64,000 bases of DNA from Candidatus Bathyarchaeia archaeon (GCA_049513715.1 JBEKVV010000004.1:96001-160000); one strand, 5' to 3'; positions 11,904 to 21,904 are shown, counted from the first letter of the stretch. Program-made: numbers and translations. Notes: a model not told the origin generated them from the letters alone.

Positions 11904-12367
11904 AGAACAAAGTCGCACTGCGAGTGAATGGCAAGAAGTACGAATTGGAGCTGGGCCCGTATGCGCTACTGTCGGAAGTTCTTCGCGAGGATTTGGGTTT
12001 GAAGGGGACGAAGCGGGGTTGCGATTTCGGTGGTTGTGGTGCCTGCACGGTTCTCATGGATAGGCAAGCGATCTACTCTTGCATGATGCCTGCGCGGCAC
12101 GCGGAGGGACATGAGATTACCACGATAGAGGGCTTAGCGGAGGGTGGGAAATTGTCGCCAGTTCAAAGATCGTTCGTGAAGAACATGGGATTTCAATGCG
12201 GCTACTGCACGCCGGGAATAATAATATCCGCAACGGCTTTGCTCAAACGTAACCCGCACCCAACCGAGGACGACATGCGTGAAGCGTTGGCGGGGAACCT
12301 GTGCAGGTGCACAGGCTACACGAGCATCTTCAAATCCATCAAAGAAGCAGCCGAAACGCAAACCTAG
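11900..12367 (+). CDS. xanthine dehydrogenase/CoxS-family 2Fe-2S subunit
   Basis: GCDFGGCGACTV, QCGYCTPG, NLCRCTGY. Confidence 0.95.
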   Translation: MKNKVALRVNGKKYELELGPYALLSEVLREDLGLKGTKRGCDFGGCGACTVLMDRQAIYSCMMPARHAEGHEITTIEGLAEGGKLSPVQRSFVKNMGFQCGYCTPGIIISATALLKRNPHPTEDDMREALAGNLCRCTGYTSIFKSIKEAAETQT

Positions 12368-12376
12368 CAGGATATA

Positions 12377-14752
12377 TCAGTCAACAAAGACTGTTTCGTT
12401 ATTCTTCTTCTCTTTGAGGGCTTTCAGAATTCTCTCCCCCGTGACTGGGAGCGACCGGAATCTGAGGCCTATGGCGTTGTGGATTGCGTTGGTTATGGCT
12501 GGTGCGGTTGCGGTTATAGGGGCCTCGCCGCAGCCTTTCGCCCCGAACGGGCCTTCCTCGAAGGGGTTTTCGAGGATTTTGGATTGAATGGGAACGTAGT
12601 CCATTGAAGTCCAGATCTTGTAGTCTTTGAGGTCCCCATTAATGACCTGGCCGTCTTGAATTACGAGTTCTTCGGAGATGGTTGTGCTGGCGCCCATGAT
12701 GATGCCGCCCTCATTCTGCCCTAGCACATTCAGCGGGTTAATTACACGGCCAACATCCAACACGCCAATAATGTTCAGCAACTTGACCTGTCCAGTTTCA
12801 ATGTTCGTGGCTAGGTCGACGACCTGAACCACGGGTGTGTAGTAGGCTACGGCCCGATCTGTGGAGCATTGTCCAGTCTCTGGATCAAGTTCTCCGGTTT
12901 CGGGGTGCCAGACAGCTTTCGACGCGAACTCACCGATTCCCTCAACAAAGCCATCGCCCATGGGACCCGGCCTGAACAAGTCACGAACACGAACCTGCAC
13001 GCCAGGATTCTTCCTACCACGAACCACTCCGTCTGCGAGTTCCAAGTCGTCTGGGTTCAGGTTTAGTTTGCGTGAGGCGATTGTGAGAATTTGGGCTTTG
13101 ACGCCGCGGCAGGCCATGCTCACCGCTTTGCCGAGTTGAGAGGTTTGCCTGCTGCCACTGGCTCCGGGGCCGACGGGGGCGAAGGATGAGTCTGCTTCCC
13201 GAATGGTTATGCTTTCAAGTGGTAGTTTGGATTCCTCTGCCGCGATTTGCGCTAGTCCAGTTCGGGTTCCTTCCCCGGGGTCTGCGACAGCGGTTGAAAT
13301 CTCAACGGTGTCGTCTTCCCTGTACTTTGCGTATGCCATGCTTGGGAAGCTTACGTCACACATCTCTTGGGCGACGGCTATTCCTCGGCCGAATCGCCAG
13401 TGGCTGTCGAGTTTGGGTTTCGGAATCTTCTCCGCTTCTTTAAGCGCTGTCGTTATGCATTCTTGTAGGGTGAATTTTCTCATTCGTTCGCCCATTGCGT
13501 TCTTGGAGTCGGTTCTTAGCATGTTCTTCAAGCGAAGTTGGATCGGGTCGATGTTGAGTTTCTGAGCGATGATGTCCATCTGGGATTCTATGGCGAAATA
13601 TGCTTGGGGCGTCCCGAAGCCGCGGAAGGCGCCGCCTTGAACCTGGTTCGTGTAAACGCGGAAGACGTCTAGTTTGAAGTTTGGAATATCATAGACGCAG
13701 ACGGAGGCGTAGACGCAGTCCCTGACAGCCACGTTGCCTGCTAGGGAGTAGGCGCCGCCGTTGTAGATGGCTTCCATTTCCCTGGCGATTATTCGGCCGT
13801 CGGCATTGACGCCGTCTTTGATTCTGATTATGGACGGATGCCGGATGGAGGTGGTCTCGAAGACTTCCTCGCGGGTGAAGGTGATTTTCACGGGCTTGCT
13901 TGTTTTGAGGGTTAGGGCCGCGCATATTAGTTCGGCGTGGGTTTGGCCCTTGTTTCCGAAGCCGCCGCCGACGTATGGTGGGATGATGACGCGGATTTTG
14001 GATTGCGGAATTCCGAGTCCGTCGCTGAGTTCTTTTCTGGCCCTGTAGACGTTCTGTCCTGACACCCAGACCACCAATGTCCCGTCGGGCTCTGTCGAGG
14101 CGATTGCGGCAACTGGCTCAATGTGCATGTGCTGCACAGGGTGAGTGCGAAACGTATTCTCAACGACTAAGTGGGCTTCCTTGAAGCCCTGCTCGACGTC
14201 GCCATGCCTGACTTTGAACCTGTTTGTCACGTTAGGGCGGGATGGGTCTGTGGCCGCCCGATAAATCTGCGAGGAGTACCGTTTGTAGTTAGGAAGGTCT
14301 GGGTGAACTGTGACCGGTGGGTTTTCTTTGACGGATACAAGGGAGTCGAAGATTGGTTCAAGCTCCTTGTATTTGACCTCGATTAACTCGGCCGCTTCCT
14401 TGGCCAGGTCCTTTGTTTCGGCAGCGACGGCCGCGACCGGCTCGCCAATGTACCTGACCCTGCCCCTGGACAGGATTGGGGTGTCGTAGAGCCCGCGTCC
14501 TCGTAACCCTGCTGGCACATCATCACCGGTTATTACTGCATGAACGCCGGCGAGTGCTTCGGCGCGGGATTTGTTGATGGAGATTATCTCCGCGTGGGGA
14601 AGGGGGCTGCGTTTGATTGCGCCATGCAACATGCGCGGCAGCTCCATATCATAAACGTACACAGCACGCCCCGTAACGACCTCCTCAGCTCCTATGCGGG
14701 GGAGTGCTTTCCCGATGACCTTCGAATCGCGAGCTAGTTCCGATTGTTGCAA
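12377..14752 (-). CDS. xanthine dehydrogenase-family molybdopterin-binding subunit
   Basis: VGGGFGNK, AFRGFG, GAKGCGE. Confidence 0.92.
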   Translation of the reverse strand: MQQSELARDSKVIGKALPRIGAEEVVTGRAVYVYDMELPRMLHGAIKRSPLPHAEIISINKSRAEALAGVHAVITGDDVPAGLRGRGLYDTPILSRGRVRYIGEPVAAVAAETKDLAKEAAELIEVKYKELEPIFDSLVSVKENPPVTVHPDLPNYKRYSSQIYRAATDPSRPNVTNRFKVRHGDVEQGFKEAHLVVENTFRTHPVQHMHIEPVAAIASTEPDGTLVVWVSGQNVYRARKELSDGLGIPQSKIRVIIPPYVGGGFGNKGQTHAELICAALTLKTSKPVKITFTREEVFETTSIRHPSIIRIKDGVNADGRIIAREMEAIYNGGAYSLAGNVAVRDCVYASVCVYDIPNFKLDVFRVYTNQVQGGAFRGFGTPQAYFAIESQMDIIAQKLNIDPIQLRLKNMLRTDSKNAMGERMRKFTLQECITTALKEAEKIPKPKLDSHWRFGRGIAVAQEMCDVSFPSMAYAKYREDDTVEISTAVADPGEGTRTGLAQIAAEESKLPLESITIREADSSFAPVGPGASGSRQTSQLGKAVSMACRGVKAQILTIASRKLNLNPDDLELADGVVRGRKNPGVQVRVRDLFRPGPMGDGFVEGIGEFASKAVWHPETGELDPETGQCSTDRAVAYYTPVVQVVDLATNIETGQVKLLNIIGVLDVGRVINPLNVLGQNEGGIIMGASTTISEELVIQDGQVINGDLKDYKIWTSMDYVPIQSKILENPFEEGPFGAKGCGEAPITATAPAITNAIHNAIGLRFRSLPVTGERILKALKEKKNNETVFVD

Positions 14753-14796
14753 GGGGTTGTTCAGTAGGTTGGCTGGATGTTTTCTCTTTAACCTTT

Positions 14797-15228
14797 ATGT
14801 GCGAAAGTTGCGAAGGAAGAGCGGTGCCTGTTTTGGCGGGAAAGTGCGGCCGCGCCATCCAAATGCTATCCCGATACATCGGGTCGACACCGGAGGTCAA
14901 GGGTATGTTGGAGGGTTGGCAGTCGATTATCCAGTTCGATTTCGTTGGCGAAGACTCATTCTACTTGACGATTTCTGGCAACGCCGCCAATTTCCATGAG
15001 GGCAGAGCGGAGAGCCCTGATGTTGTTCTTTCGGGGCGGTCGGACGTTTTCTTTGACGTTATGACAGGGAAGCTGGATCCAGATGAGGCATACATGATGA
15101 AGAAGTACGCTGTGAAGGGCTCGGTTGTGGACGCGATGAAGTTTCGAAGAATCAGCGAGTTAACTGAACAGGCACACAAATCCACGTTCTCTCTGATGAA
15201 GGCCGTGGGAAAGATCGCATTCAAGTAG
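14797..15228 (+). CDS. SCP2 sterol/lipid-binding domain protein
   Basis: PDVVL...TGKLDPDEAYM..K..VKGSV. Confidence 0.75.
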   Translation: MCESCEGRAVPVLAGKCGRAIQMLSRYIGSTPEVKGMLEGWQSIIQFDFVGEDSFYLTISGNAANFHEGRAESPDVVLSGRSDVFFDVMTGKLDPDEAYMMKKYAVKGSVVDAMKFRRISELTEQAHKSTFSLMKAVGKIAFK

Positions 15229-15389
15229 AAAATGCTGTAAGTGCACGTGATGAGAAGTTCTCTTTCAGTTACCCAACGTCATGTGGAACAAGAGGAGACT
15301 TACAGGTAGCTGCCTGCAGACCTAGAATCCAAGTGAACTTAAATCAAAAAGAGAAAAGGGAGAGAGTGACCGGTTCACAGGTTCTCTGC

Positions 15390-15812
15390 TCAAAGCAGAT
15401 GAATTGCTGTGAACGGCCCTCCACCGATCGCTGCCAGGACTGCTAAGGCTAGGGAGAATACTAGCAGCAGGAGGTCTAGCTCATAGCCGCCCATGAACTT
15501 CTTGTGGATTTTTGCTGTTGAAAGCCAAATTAGAGCAGCCATCCACAATACGAAGAGCCCGGCGATTATTGATGTCAAGATCCCTAGGATCAGCGCTATT
15601 CCGCCGAAGAATTCGACGATCCCTGCGAACAGCCCGAAACCAGAAGGAATCCCCATCGTCTTGAGCCATTCCCCTGCCTGCTTTCCGCCGTTTTTGAGCT
15701 TCGGATATCCATGAAGCATGAACAGTGCGCCCAACGTCAACCGTAACAACAGAGATACGGCGTCTAGGGAGCTGCCGAAGATTAGATTGGATGTCATACT
15801 TTTCACCTGCAC
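15390..15812 (-). CDS. DoxX family membrane protein
   Basis: LLRL..G..FMLHG..K, EF.GG..LILG, GGYE. Confidence 0.9.
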   Translation of the reverse strand: MQVKSMTSNLIFGSSLDAVSLLLRLTLGALFMLHGYPKLKNGGKQAGEWLKTMGIPSGFGLFAGIVEFFGGIALILGILTSIIAGLFVLWMAALIWLSTAKIHKKFMGGYELDLLLLVFSLALAVLAAIGGGPFTAIHLL

Positions 15813-15829
15813 AGTAACCTTTAGTTACT
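15813..15829. promoter_or_regulatory. inverted repeat AGTAAC-N5-GTTACT, probable operator of the HxlR regulator
   Basis: Palindrome between divergent doxX and HxlR genes. Confidence 0.55.
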
Positions 15830-15877
15830 AAGCTACAAAAGGTAACTATTTAAACGAATACCCCAACTATCACCCCA

Positions 15878-16222
15878 GTGGCCCTCATGAAGCGGGAGCA
15901 CATGTGCCCAGTGGTTCAGACAGCACGACTGATTGGCAAGAAATGGGATTTGATTGTGATTCGCTACCTGTTGGATGGGCCGAAACGATTTGTGGAACTG
16001 AAAGCGGAGATTCCAGACGTCTCCTCCAAGAGCCTCTCAGCCACGCTGAAACAACTCAACTCCAAAGGAATGATTCAAAGGAATGTTGAATCAACTTTTC
16101 CCGTCTCCGTGGTCTACTCTCTAACCAAAATGGGACGAGAGATGGGCGACATTGTTGAAGCGATGCGACATTGGGGAGAGAAATGGGCACTACCCTACGC
16201 TGCCCATTCCAGCCGCAGGTAA
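15878..16222 (+). CDS. HxlR-family transcriptional regulator
   Basis: CPV...LIGKKW, GPKRF.EL, V.YSLT. Confidence 0.92.
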   Translation: MALMKREHMCPVVQTARLIGKKWDLIVIRYLLDGPKRFVELKAEIPDVSSKSLSATLKQLNSKGMIQRNVESTFPVSVVYSLTKMGREMGDIVEAMRHWGEKWALPYAAHSSRR

Positions 16223-16314
16223 GGGAACCGTTCAGGAAACAATCGAAGGCTACTTGCGGTCAAAGCAGCAAAGCCTTAGGAAGAAATCAGGCACACAGTG
16301 TCGACAGAGTCTCA

Positions 16315-16905
16315 TTAATCAGATTGTTCTTCGGAGAGCTGGCCGCCCGCCCACCGGTGAAAGAGCTCATGCTGAATACCTAGGGTGTCCAGGATCTTGC
16401 CTACGACATGGTCCACCATCTCGCGAACATCCTTGGGCCTGTGATAGAACCCGGGCATGGCGGGTAGTATGATGGCTCCCGCCTCCGCTGCAAGAACCAT
16501 GTTCTTCAAGTGAACTAAGCTAAGGGGTGTCTCACGGGGAACTAGGACTAGTTTTCTGTGTTCTTTGAGGCAGACTTCTGCCGAACGTGTGATCAGGTTG
16601 TCGGAGATTCCGTGAGCAACACAAGCTAATGTTTTCGTGCTGCAAGGAACAATCACCATACCCTTCATCAGGAAAGATCCGCTGGCCGGACCTGCCCCCA
16701 TATCCCTCTCGTTATACGTGACCGTGCAAAGGCTTGCAAAATCCTTTGGCCCAAAGCTCTTTTCGATTTTGAGATTCGTGATCCCCGCTGAACTTATTAT
16801 CCCATGAGTTTCGACACCAAGGTCCCTTAAGACTTCTAGAAGTCGAATGCCGTAAGTTGCCCCACTAGCGCCGGTGATGGCGATTAAGTATCTATCCGGC
16901 ATCAA
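16315..16905 (-). CDS. ubiX: flavin prenyltransferase UbiX
   Basis: ITGASG, ASGS, PCS.KT, VPRETP, PGFY. Confidence 0.95.
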   Translation of the reverse strand: MMPDRYLIAITGASGATYGIRLLEVLRDLGVETHGIISSAGITNLKIEKSFGPKDFASLCTVTYNERDMGAGPASGSFLMKGMVIVPCSTKTLACVAHGISDNLITRSAEVCLKEHRKLVLVPRETPLSLVHLKNMVLAAEAGAIILPAMPGFYHRPKDVREMVDHVVGKILDTLGIQHELFHRWAGGQLSEEQSD

Positions 16906-17283
16906 CTTGACGGCTCATCCTCAACGAGTTTCAGGTATGGTACAATAAGGGCTGATTAAGTCAACGGTTTGACTCTCAGAATCAACAGGATGTAATTGAG
17001 CAATGAACCACGGGGCTGCAGACTGCCCGAGTTCTGCCTCTCAGAAATGCTGTCTATGACTGCCGCTCTCTCTACCTGTCTTCACAGCGTTTAGGAACTC
17101 AATGCATGCGGACTGATTGTTGCCTGATTTTCCTCTAATCACCGCATCATTCCTAGATTGGGATTTGGTCATCCGTGCCCGTCGCGGCAACAAGCCGATC
17201 CTCGTGGCAAGTAATCCACTGGCAAGAACTTCATTTCCCTTGGAACCGCAACTCCCATATCGTTGGAATGACAAGTATAGTAC

Positions 17284-17510
17284 GCTGCCTAACCGAGACA
17301 GGGGTAGATTCGTCGGTCGGCTTCGTCCCAGGGTTTGCCTTGGGTCGCATTGTGGATCGATGAGCGCTCGGGTGTAACGTCACGACGCTAGCGGGAAACC
17401 GTAGAAACTCCGTGAGGCCCGAGTGAGGGAAAACCAAGGCGGAGGATGGAGGGAAAGGTCGAATGTCCCTCGCGAAGGGAAAGCCACATCTGCCTCGAGA
17501 GTTAGGCAGC
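17284..17510 (+). ncRNA. structured ncRNA closed by a BHB motif; predicted 200-nt circular RNA (17300-17499)
   Basis: 10-bp outer helix GCTGCCTAAC/GTTAGGCAGC, central CGAG/CTCG, bulges ACA and AGA; nested helices and GNRA loops. Confidence 0.75.
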
Positions 17511-18163
17511 TAACTTCTTACTTTCTCCCACGTAGCCAACAAAGCTTCTTCATAGGTTTCAGGGTCCACCTCCCTTGCTCTACGCATATCGACATCAATG
17601 AAGAAGAGCGAGTGAACTCTGCCTGAAGCTATCTCCTCCAAGGGTATGGGCGGATTCTCGTAGTAGCGGTCGCACAGCTTCTTCGTCTTCTCAATCTCTT
17701 CTCGTTCTCTCACTTTTGGAGGTTTCAGGAAAAGTGCGGGGATTGGCAGAACTTGGTAGAGAGGGGAGGCCAGGCTGAACTTGTCCGCGAACCTGCTGTA
17801 CCTCGCTATCTTGCTGGCAATTCTGGCCGAACAAAATGCAGTAGGATCCAACGCGTGCTCCGGAGGAACAAACCCAGTCTCTATTTCTATAACCGCTCTT
17901 CCATCGCCCTTGATCCCCAACAAATCGCAGACAAGGGATTCTCCCAAGCGATGCTCAACATCTACATCATAGCCCTTCAAGATCAAATCTTTGGCGCAGA
18001 TAAATTCCATGGCCGAGTGGTTGATCTTCACCAGATTTTGTCTGTGCATCTTAACCAGCTTCGTCTTTATGGCGTCGAGCTTGAAGAATGCCTCATCGTT
18101 CTGGTCAGGGACCAGTTTTGAGAGAAGAGCATCGAGGTCGGATGCGAACTTGTCGTCGCCCAT
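17510..18163 (-). CDS. conserved archaeal hypothetical protein, PD-(D/E)xK-like
   Basis: GYDVDVEH...CDLLG...IEIETG pattern. Confidence 0.7.
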   Translation of the reverse strand: MGDDKFASDLDALLSKLVPDQNDEAFFKLDAIKTKLVKMHRQNLVKINHSAMEFICAKDLILKGYDVDVEHRLGESLVCDLLGIKGDGRAVIEIETGFVPPEHALDPTAFCSARIASKIARYSRFADKFSLASPLYQVLPIPALFLKPPKVREREEIEKTKKLCDRYYENPPIPLEEIASGRVHSLFFIDVDMRRAREVDPETYEEALLATWEKVRS

Positions 18164-18381
18164 TTGAACACAGAGGCGGGATTACCTTGAGGCGACATAT
18201 AATATGCATATTTGCCTCCGCCCAGAAAGAAAAAACCGGGTAGATTGGTTACGGTAATTCAGCTTTGTTGATGATCAGTTTTGGTGGTGGGTGTAAAGAG
18301 GAATGAATTGCCTCTGGCTTACCCCTGCGTTCAAGCCGCAAACCTTGAATTCCCATACAGGTCAAACGCCTCCGAAGGGAA

Positions 18382-19179
18382 ATGAGCAAAAGCGAGAGAC
18401 AGCGGGCTTCGAGGACCGCTCTCATTACCGGAGCGTCCAGCGGGATTGGTTTGGAACTCGCTAGAGTGTTTGCGCGGGAAGGTTACAACTTGGTTTTGGT
18501 GGCGAGGAGTGTGGAGCGGCTGGATGAGATAGCGAAAGAGTTGCGGGCGCTTGGTGTTTCTGTGAAGAGCATGCCCATGGATTTGGCCGACCCACATGCA
18601 CCTCAGGCGATTTGTGACGGGCTCCGGAAGGAGAGTGGGGTGGTTGATGTTCTTGTCAACAATGCTGGGTTTGGTAGCCATGGGGTCTTCCACGAGAATG
18701 ACCCTGCCACGGAGCTGAGTATGATTCAGGTAAACGTCACCGCCCTTACAGAACTGACCCGACTATTCCTGCCGGATATGGTTAGGAGGGGGGAGGGTGG
18801 CGTTTTGAATGTGGCTTCTACGGCTGCCTTTCAACCAGGCCCACTCATGGCAGTTTACTATGCCACCAAAGCCTACGTGCTGTCCTTTTCGGAGGCGATT
18901 GCGGAGGAATTGAGAGGAACTGGTGTGACAGTCACGACCTTGTGCCCCGGACCTACGTTGACAGGGTTCCAGGGCAGGGCAGGAACAGGGGAAATGAGGA
19001 TGCTCAAAGGAGGCCTAGTGCTTGACGCAGCAACGGTCGCCAAAATTGGTTACGAAGGCCTAATCCACAACAAGACAGTCGTCATTCCAGGTTTCAAAAA
19101 CAGAATACTAGCCTTCGGAGTGAGGTTAACCCCCAGACAATGGGTTACCCGAGTCGCCAGACAGATGAATGAAACCTAA
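18382..19179 (+). CDS. short-chain dehydrogenase/reductase
   Basis: TGASSGIG, NNAG, YYATK. Confidence 0.95.
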   Translation: MSKSERQRASRTALITGASSGIGLELARVFAREGYNLVLVARSVERLDEIAKELRALGVSVKSMPMDLADPHAPQAICDGLRKESGVVDVLVNNAGFGSHGVFHENDPATELSMIQVNVTALTELTRLFLPDMVRRGEGGVLNVASTAAFQPGPLMAVYYATKAYVLSFSEAIAEELRGTGVTVTTLCPGPTLTGFQGRAGTGEMRMLKGGLVLDAATVAKIGYEGLIHNKTVVIPGFKNRILAFGVRLTPRQWVTRVARQMNET

Positions 19180-19258
19180 TGCCCTTCAGGGAACTTCGTC
19201 AAAGTTTCTTATTATGAACGAAATCTTTCCCGCTTGCAGCTGACAACCAAGAAAAGCT

Positions 19259-19274
19259 TAAACGTATACGTTTA
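19259..19274. promoter_or_regulatory. 16-bp perfect palindrome TAAACGTATACGTTTA overlapping TATA box; probable vapBC operator
   Basis: Directly upstream of antitoxin start 19297. Confidence 0.65.
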
Positions 19275-19296
19275 CGTTTACGATGCCGTATGCGCT

Positions 19297-19482
19297 ATGA
19301 AGACTACTGTGATGCTGAGAGAAGACCTGTACGAGATCCTGAAGAGAAAATATGGACCGAGAGGCCTCTCCGAGGCCATCAACGTAATCTTGGCCGAGGC
19401 ATTGCTCAAAGGAGAGAGCATGTTCGGGACGATGCCCAAGAGGTCGCTCAAGGACTTGAGGAATCACAGTGACCGTATTTGA
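19297..19482 (+). CDS. VapB-like antitoxin (RHH-type)
   Basis: MKTTVMLREDLYEILK; overlaps PIN gene start. Confidence 0.8.
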   Translation: MKTTVMLREDLYEILKRKYGPRGLSEAINVILAEALLKGESMFGTMPKRSLKDLRNHSDRI

Positions 19483-19868
19483 GATACATCATGGACTCAT
19501 ATGCGTGGTTAGAATACTTCATGGGCACCGACTCCGGAAAAAAGGTGAAAGGCATCATTGACTCTGAGGCTCATGAGAAACTGACCCCGACGATTTGCTT
19601 GGCCGAAATATACTCCAAGATTCTGAGAACAGAGGATGAGAAGAAGGCGGAACTCCGTAGAGCTTTTATCAAATCTCGAAGTGGCCTCGTCCCACTTACT
19701 GAAGAAGTGGCAGTCGAAGCCGCTAAAGTCGATGTGACCATGAAACGTAAAGTTCAAGGTTGGGGGTTGGCTGACTCAATCGTGCTCTCCACCGCGCAAA
19801 ACAGGGACGGGAAAGTTGTTACAGGTGACCCGCACTTTCGAGGATTAACCGAGACCTTCATGATATAG
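19479..19868 (+). CDS. vapC: VapC PIN-domain toxin
   Basis: MDSYAWLEYF, LAEI, LADS, TGD.HF. Confidence 0.92.
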   Translation: MRYIMDSYAWLEYFMGTDSGKKVKGIIDSEAHEKLTPTICLAEIYSKILRTEDEKKAELRRAFIKSRSGLVPLTEEVAVEAAKVDVTMKRKVQGWGLADSIVLSTAQNRDGKVVTGDPHFRGLTETFMI

Positions 19869-19937
19869 CTACGTGATGGGGCCGCTGGGATCAAGGCTCA
19901 TCAACAATAAGCGAAAGTGGTAATTGCTTGAGTAGCT

Positions 19938-21449
19938 ATGTTGATTCGAAGTCAGTTGGCTAGCCTCAAAAAAGAAACCTATCCCAATGAGTTGACGCAT
20001 CGGGACCTACCGCCAGACATTTTCAGAAAGTACGCCCATGAGGCAGCTGATTGGATCGCTGAATACTTGGAGAACATGGATAATTATCCAGTACTGGCTA
20101 CTGTGAAACCGGGCGAGGTCAAATCAAAGCTACCGAAAAACCCACCTGAGAAACCAGAGCCGTTCGAGAATATCCTAGGCGATTTTCGGAAGGTTCTCGT
20201 ACCGGGAATTACCCATTGGAATCATCCACGATTCTTCGCCTATTTCTCAGTCACCGGCTCCTATCCCGGAATCATCGGGGAGATGTTGTGCAGCGCGTTG
20301 AATGTGAACGCGATGCTATGGAAGACCTCCCCGTCCGCCACTGAACTTGAGGAGGTCGTGTTGGATTGGCTGCGGCAGATGCTCGGCCTACCTAGGGGGT
20401 TTGAGGGCGTAATACACGATTCAGCCTCGGTTGGAGTCGTGTGCGCCCTGGCGGCAGCACGGGAATCCGGCAACCTCCAAATCCGCGAGAAGGGCTTGAC
20501 GGGAAGGAGTGAGCTCCCTCGATTGCGAGTATACGCTTCAGAGGAAGCGCATTCCTCCATCGAGAAAGCGGTAATCGTCTTGGGTGTCGGCCAAGAGGGC
20601 CTTAGAAAAATCCCGACCGATGAGGCCTTCCGCATGGATTCCCACGCCTTGGAGGAGGCTGTCAAGGAGGATGTGGACGCCGGCGTTAAGCCGATTTGTG
20701 TCGTCGCAACGATCGGCACCACCTCGACAACCAGTGTTGACCCGGTGAAGGAGATTGCTGCGCTTTGCAGGAAATATGGTATTTGGCTTCATGTCGATGC
20801 CGCCTACGGCGGCGCCGCAGCCCTTCTCCCGGAAAAGCGGGTACTGTTTGAGGGTTGGGAGCAGGCTGATTCACTCATCGTCAACCCCCACAAATGGCTG
20901 TTCACTCAAATCGATTGCAGTGTCCTCTACTGCCGGCGACCCGAGGTGCTCAAACAGGCCTTCAGTTTGACACCCGAGTACCTTCGAACAGGAGAGGCCG
21001 GCGAGGTCAAGAACTTCATGGATTACGGCGTAGCCCTCGGCCGCCGTTTCCGCGCCCTCAAACTCTGGATGGTCATCCGTTCCTTGGGCTGTAGCGGAAT
21101 CACCAGCGCCATCCAGGAACATATCTCCTACGCCAACAAATTGGCCGATATGATTCGGGACCACCAGAACTTTGAGCTTCTGGCCCCGGTGCCATTCAGC
21201 ACCCTAGTCTTTCGCTTCAACCCCAACAAACACACAAACAGTCCCGCGACGCCCTCAGGTTTGGAAATCAACACCCTAAACGAGAAACTGCTCGAAGCAG
21301 TTAACCAGACTGGACGAGCATTCCTATCCCACACCAAGCTGAGAGGAAAATTCGGAATTCGATTCGCTATCGGCAACCTGAAGACCACATGGGAAGACGT
21401 AGCGCTAGCTTGGAAGATTATTCAAGAGAAAGCCACAGAGCTACCGTGA
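19938..21449 (+). CDS. PLP-dependent aromatic-L-amino-acid decarboxylase (group II)
   Basis: PGITHWNHP, SP.ATELE, HVDAAY, NPHKW, LGRRFRALK. Confidence 0.92.
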   Translation: MLIRSQLASLKKETYPNELTHRDLPPDIFRKYAHEAADWIAEYLENMDNYPVLATVKPGEVKSKLPKNPPEKPEPFENILGDFRKVLVPGITHWNHPRFFAYFSVTGSYPGIIGEMLCSALNVNAMLWKTSPSATELEEVVLDWLRQMLGLPRGFEGVIHDSASVGVVCALAAARESGNLQIREKGLTGRSELPRLRVYASEEAHSSIEKAVIVLGVGQEGLRKIPTDEAFRMDSHALEEAVKEDVDAGVKPICVVATIGTTSTTSVDPVKEIAALCRKYGIWLHVDAAYGGAAALLPEKRVLFEGWEQADSLIVNPHKWLFTQIDCSVLYCRRPEVLKQAFSLTPEYLRTGEAGEVKNFMDYGVALGRRFRALKLWMVIRSLGCSGITSAIQEHISYANKLADMIRDHQNFELLAPVPFSTLVFRFNPNKHTNSPATPSGLEINTLNEKLLEAVNQTGRAFLSHTKLRGKFGIRFAIGNLKTTWEDVALAWKIIQEKATELP

Positions 21450-21580
21450 ATTCTGAGAAACCAGTTTTGCTATCTGGACACGTTTACAAGGAGGTTCTGT
21501 TAAGGGATGGGAAACAAGCCGTCCTGAGGGTTCCTGACTGGCATGACGTTGATGATTTCTTGGGTTTCATTAACGCGCCT
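21446..21580 (+). pseudogene. probable N-terminal fragment of a GNAT acetyltransferase
   Basis: VLLRDGKQAVLR.P.W.DVDDFLGFINA, then runs into the convergent MoaD-like gene. Confidence 0.4.
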
Positions 21581-21616
21581 CCGTCGCGCGCGAAGGTGCG
21601 TGTGGAGTCCTCAAGA

Positions 21617-21904
21617 TCAGAAGTCCTCGTGGCCCAGCCATGGATATATCAGGGCGACCGCGTCTCCATCTTTCAGCTCAGCATTCAATCCGCCTACGAA
21701 TTGGCAGGACCGTCCGTTGATTAAGATCCGAGCATACGGCCTAACATCACCGCTCTCTGTAAAGATAATGTCAGCGATGCGATAGGTGTCCACGATTTCC
21801 TTCAATACATCCTTCAACGTGTTCTGTGAGGAGACGAACTCTACACGCCCAGTCCCGGTCCTCTGCCTGGGAATGCTCATGAACTTCACGGTCAACCTAA
21901 CCAT
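21617..21904 (-). CDS. MoaD/ThiS-like beta-grasp protein lacking C-terminal GG
   Basis: ILINGR...GL.AELKDGD.VALIYP, ends WLGHEDF. Confidence 0.8.
   Translation of the reverse strand: MVRLTVKFMSIPRQRTGTGRVEFVSSQNTLKDVLKEIVDTYRIADIIFTESGDVRPYARILINGRSCQFVGGLNAELKDGDAVALIYPWLGHEDF

Noticed and set aside
12377..14752. Aerobic CO dehydrogenase CoxL
   Set aside because: Active-site loop is AFRGFG, not AYxCSFR.
17284..17510. RNase P RNA, SRP RNA, hammerhead or group I intron identity for the structured RNA
   Set aside because: No GAGGAAAGUCC / ACAGAA..GCUUA P4 strands, no SRP helix-8 GGAA..AGCA motif, no CUGAUGA core and no group I R/S elements seen on either strand or in the permuted circle; an Rfam search is still needed.
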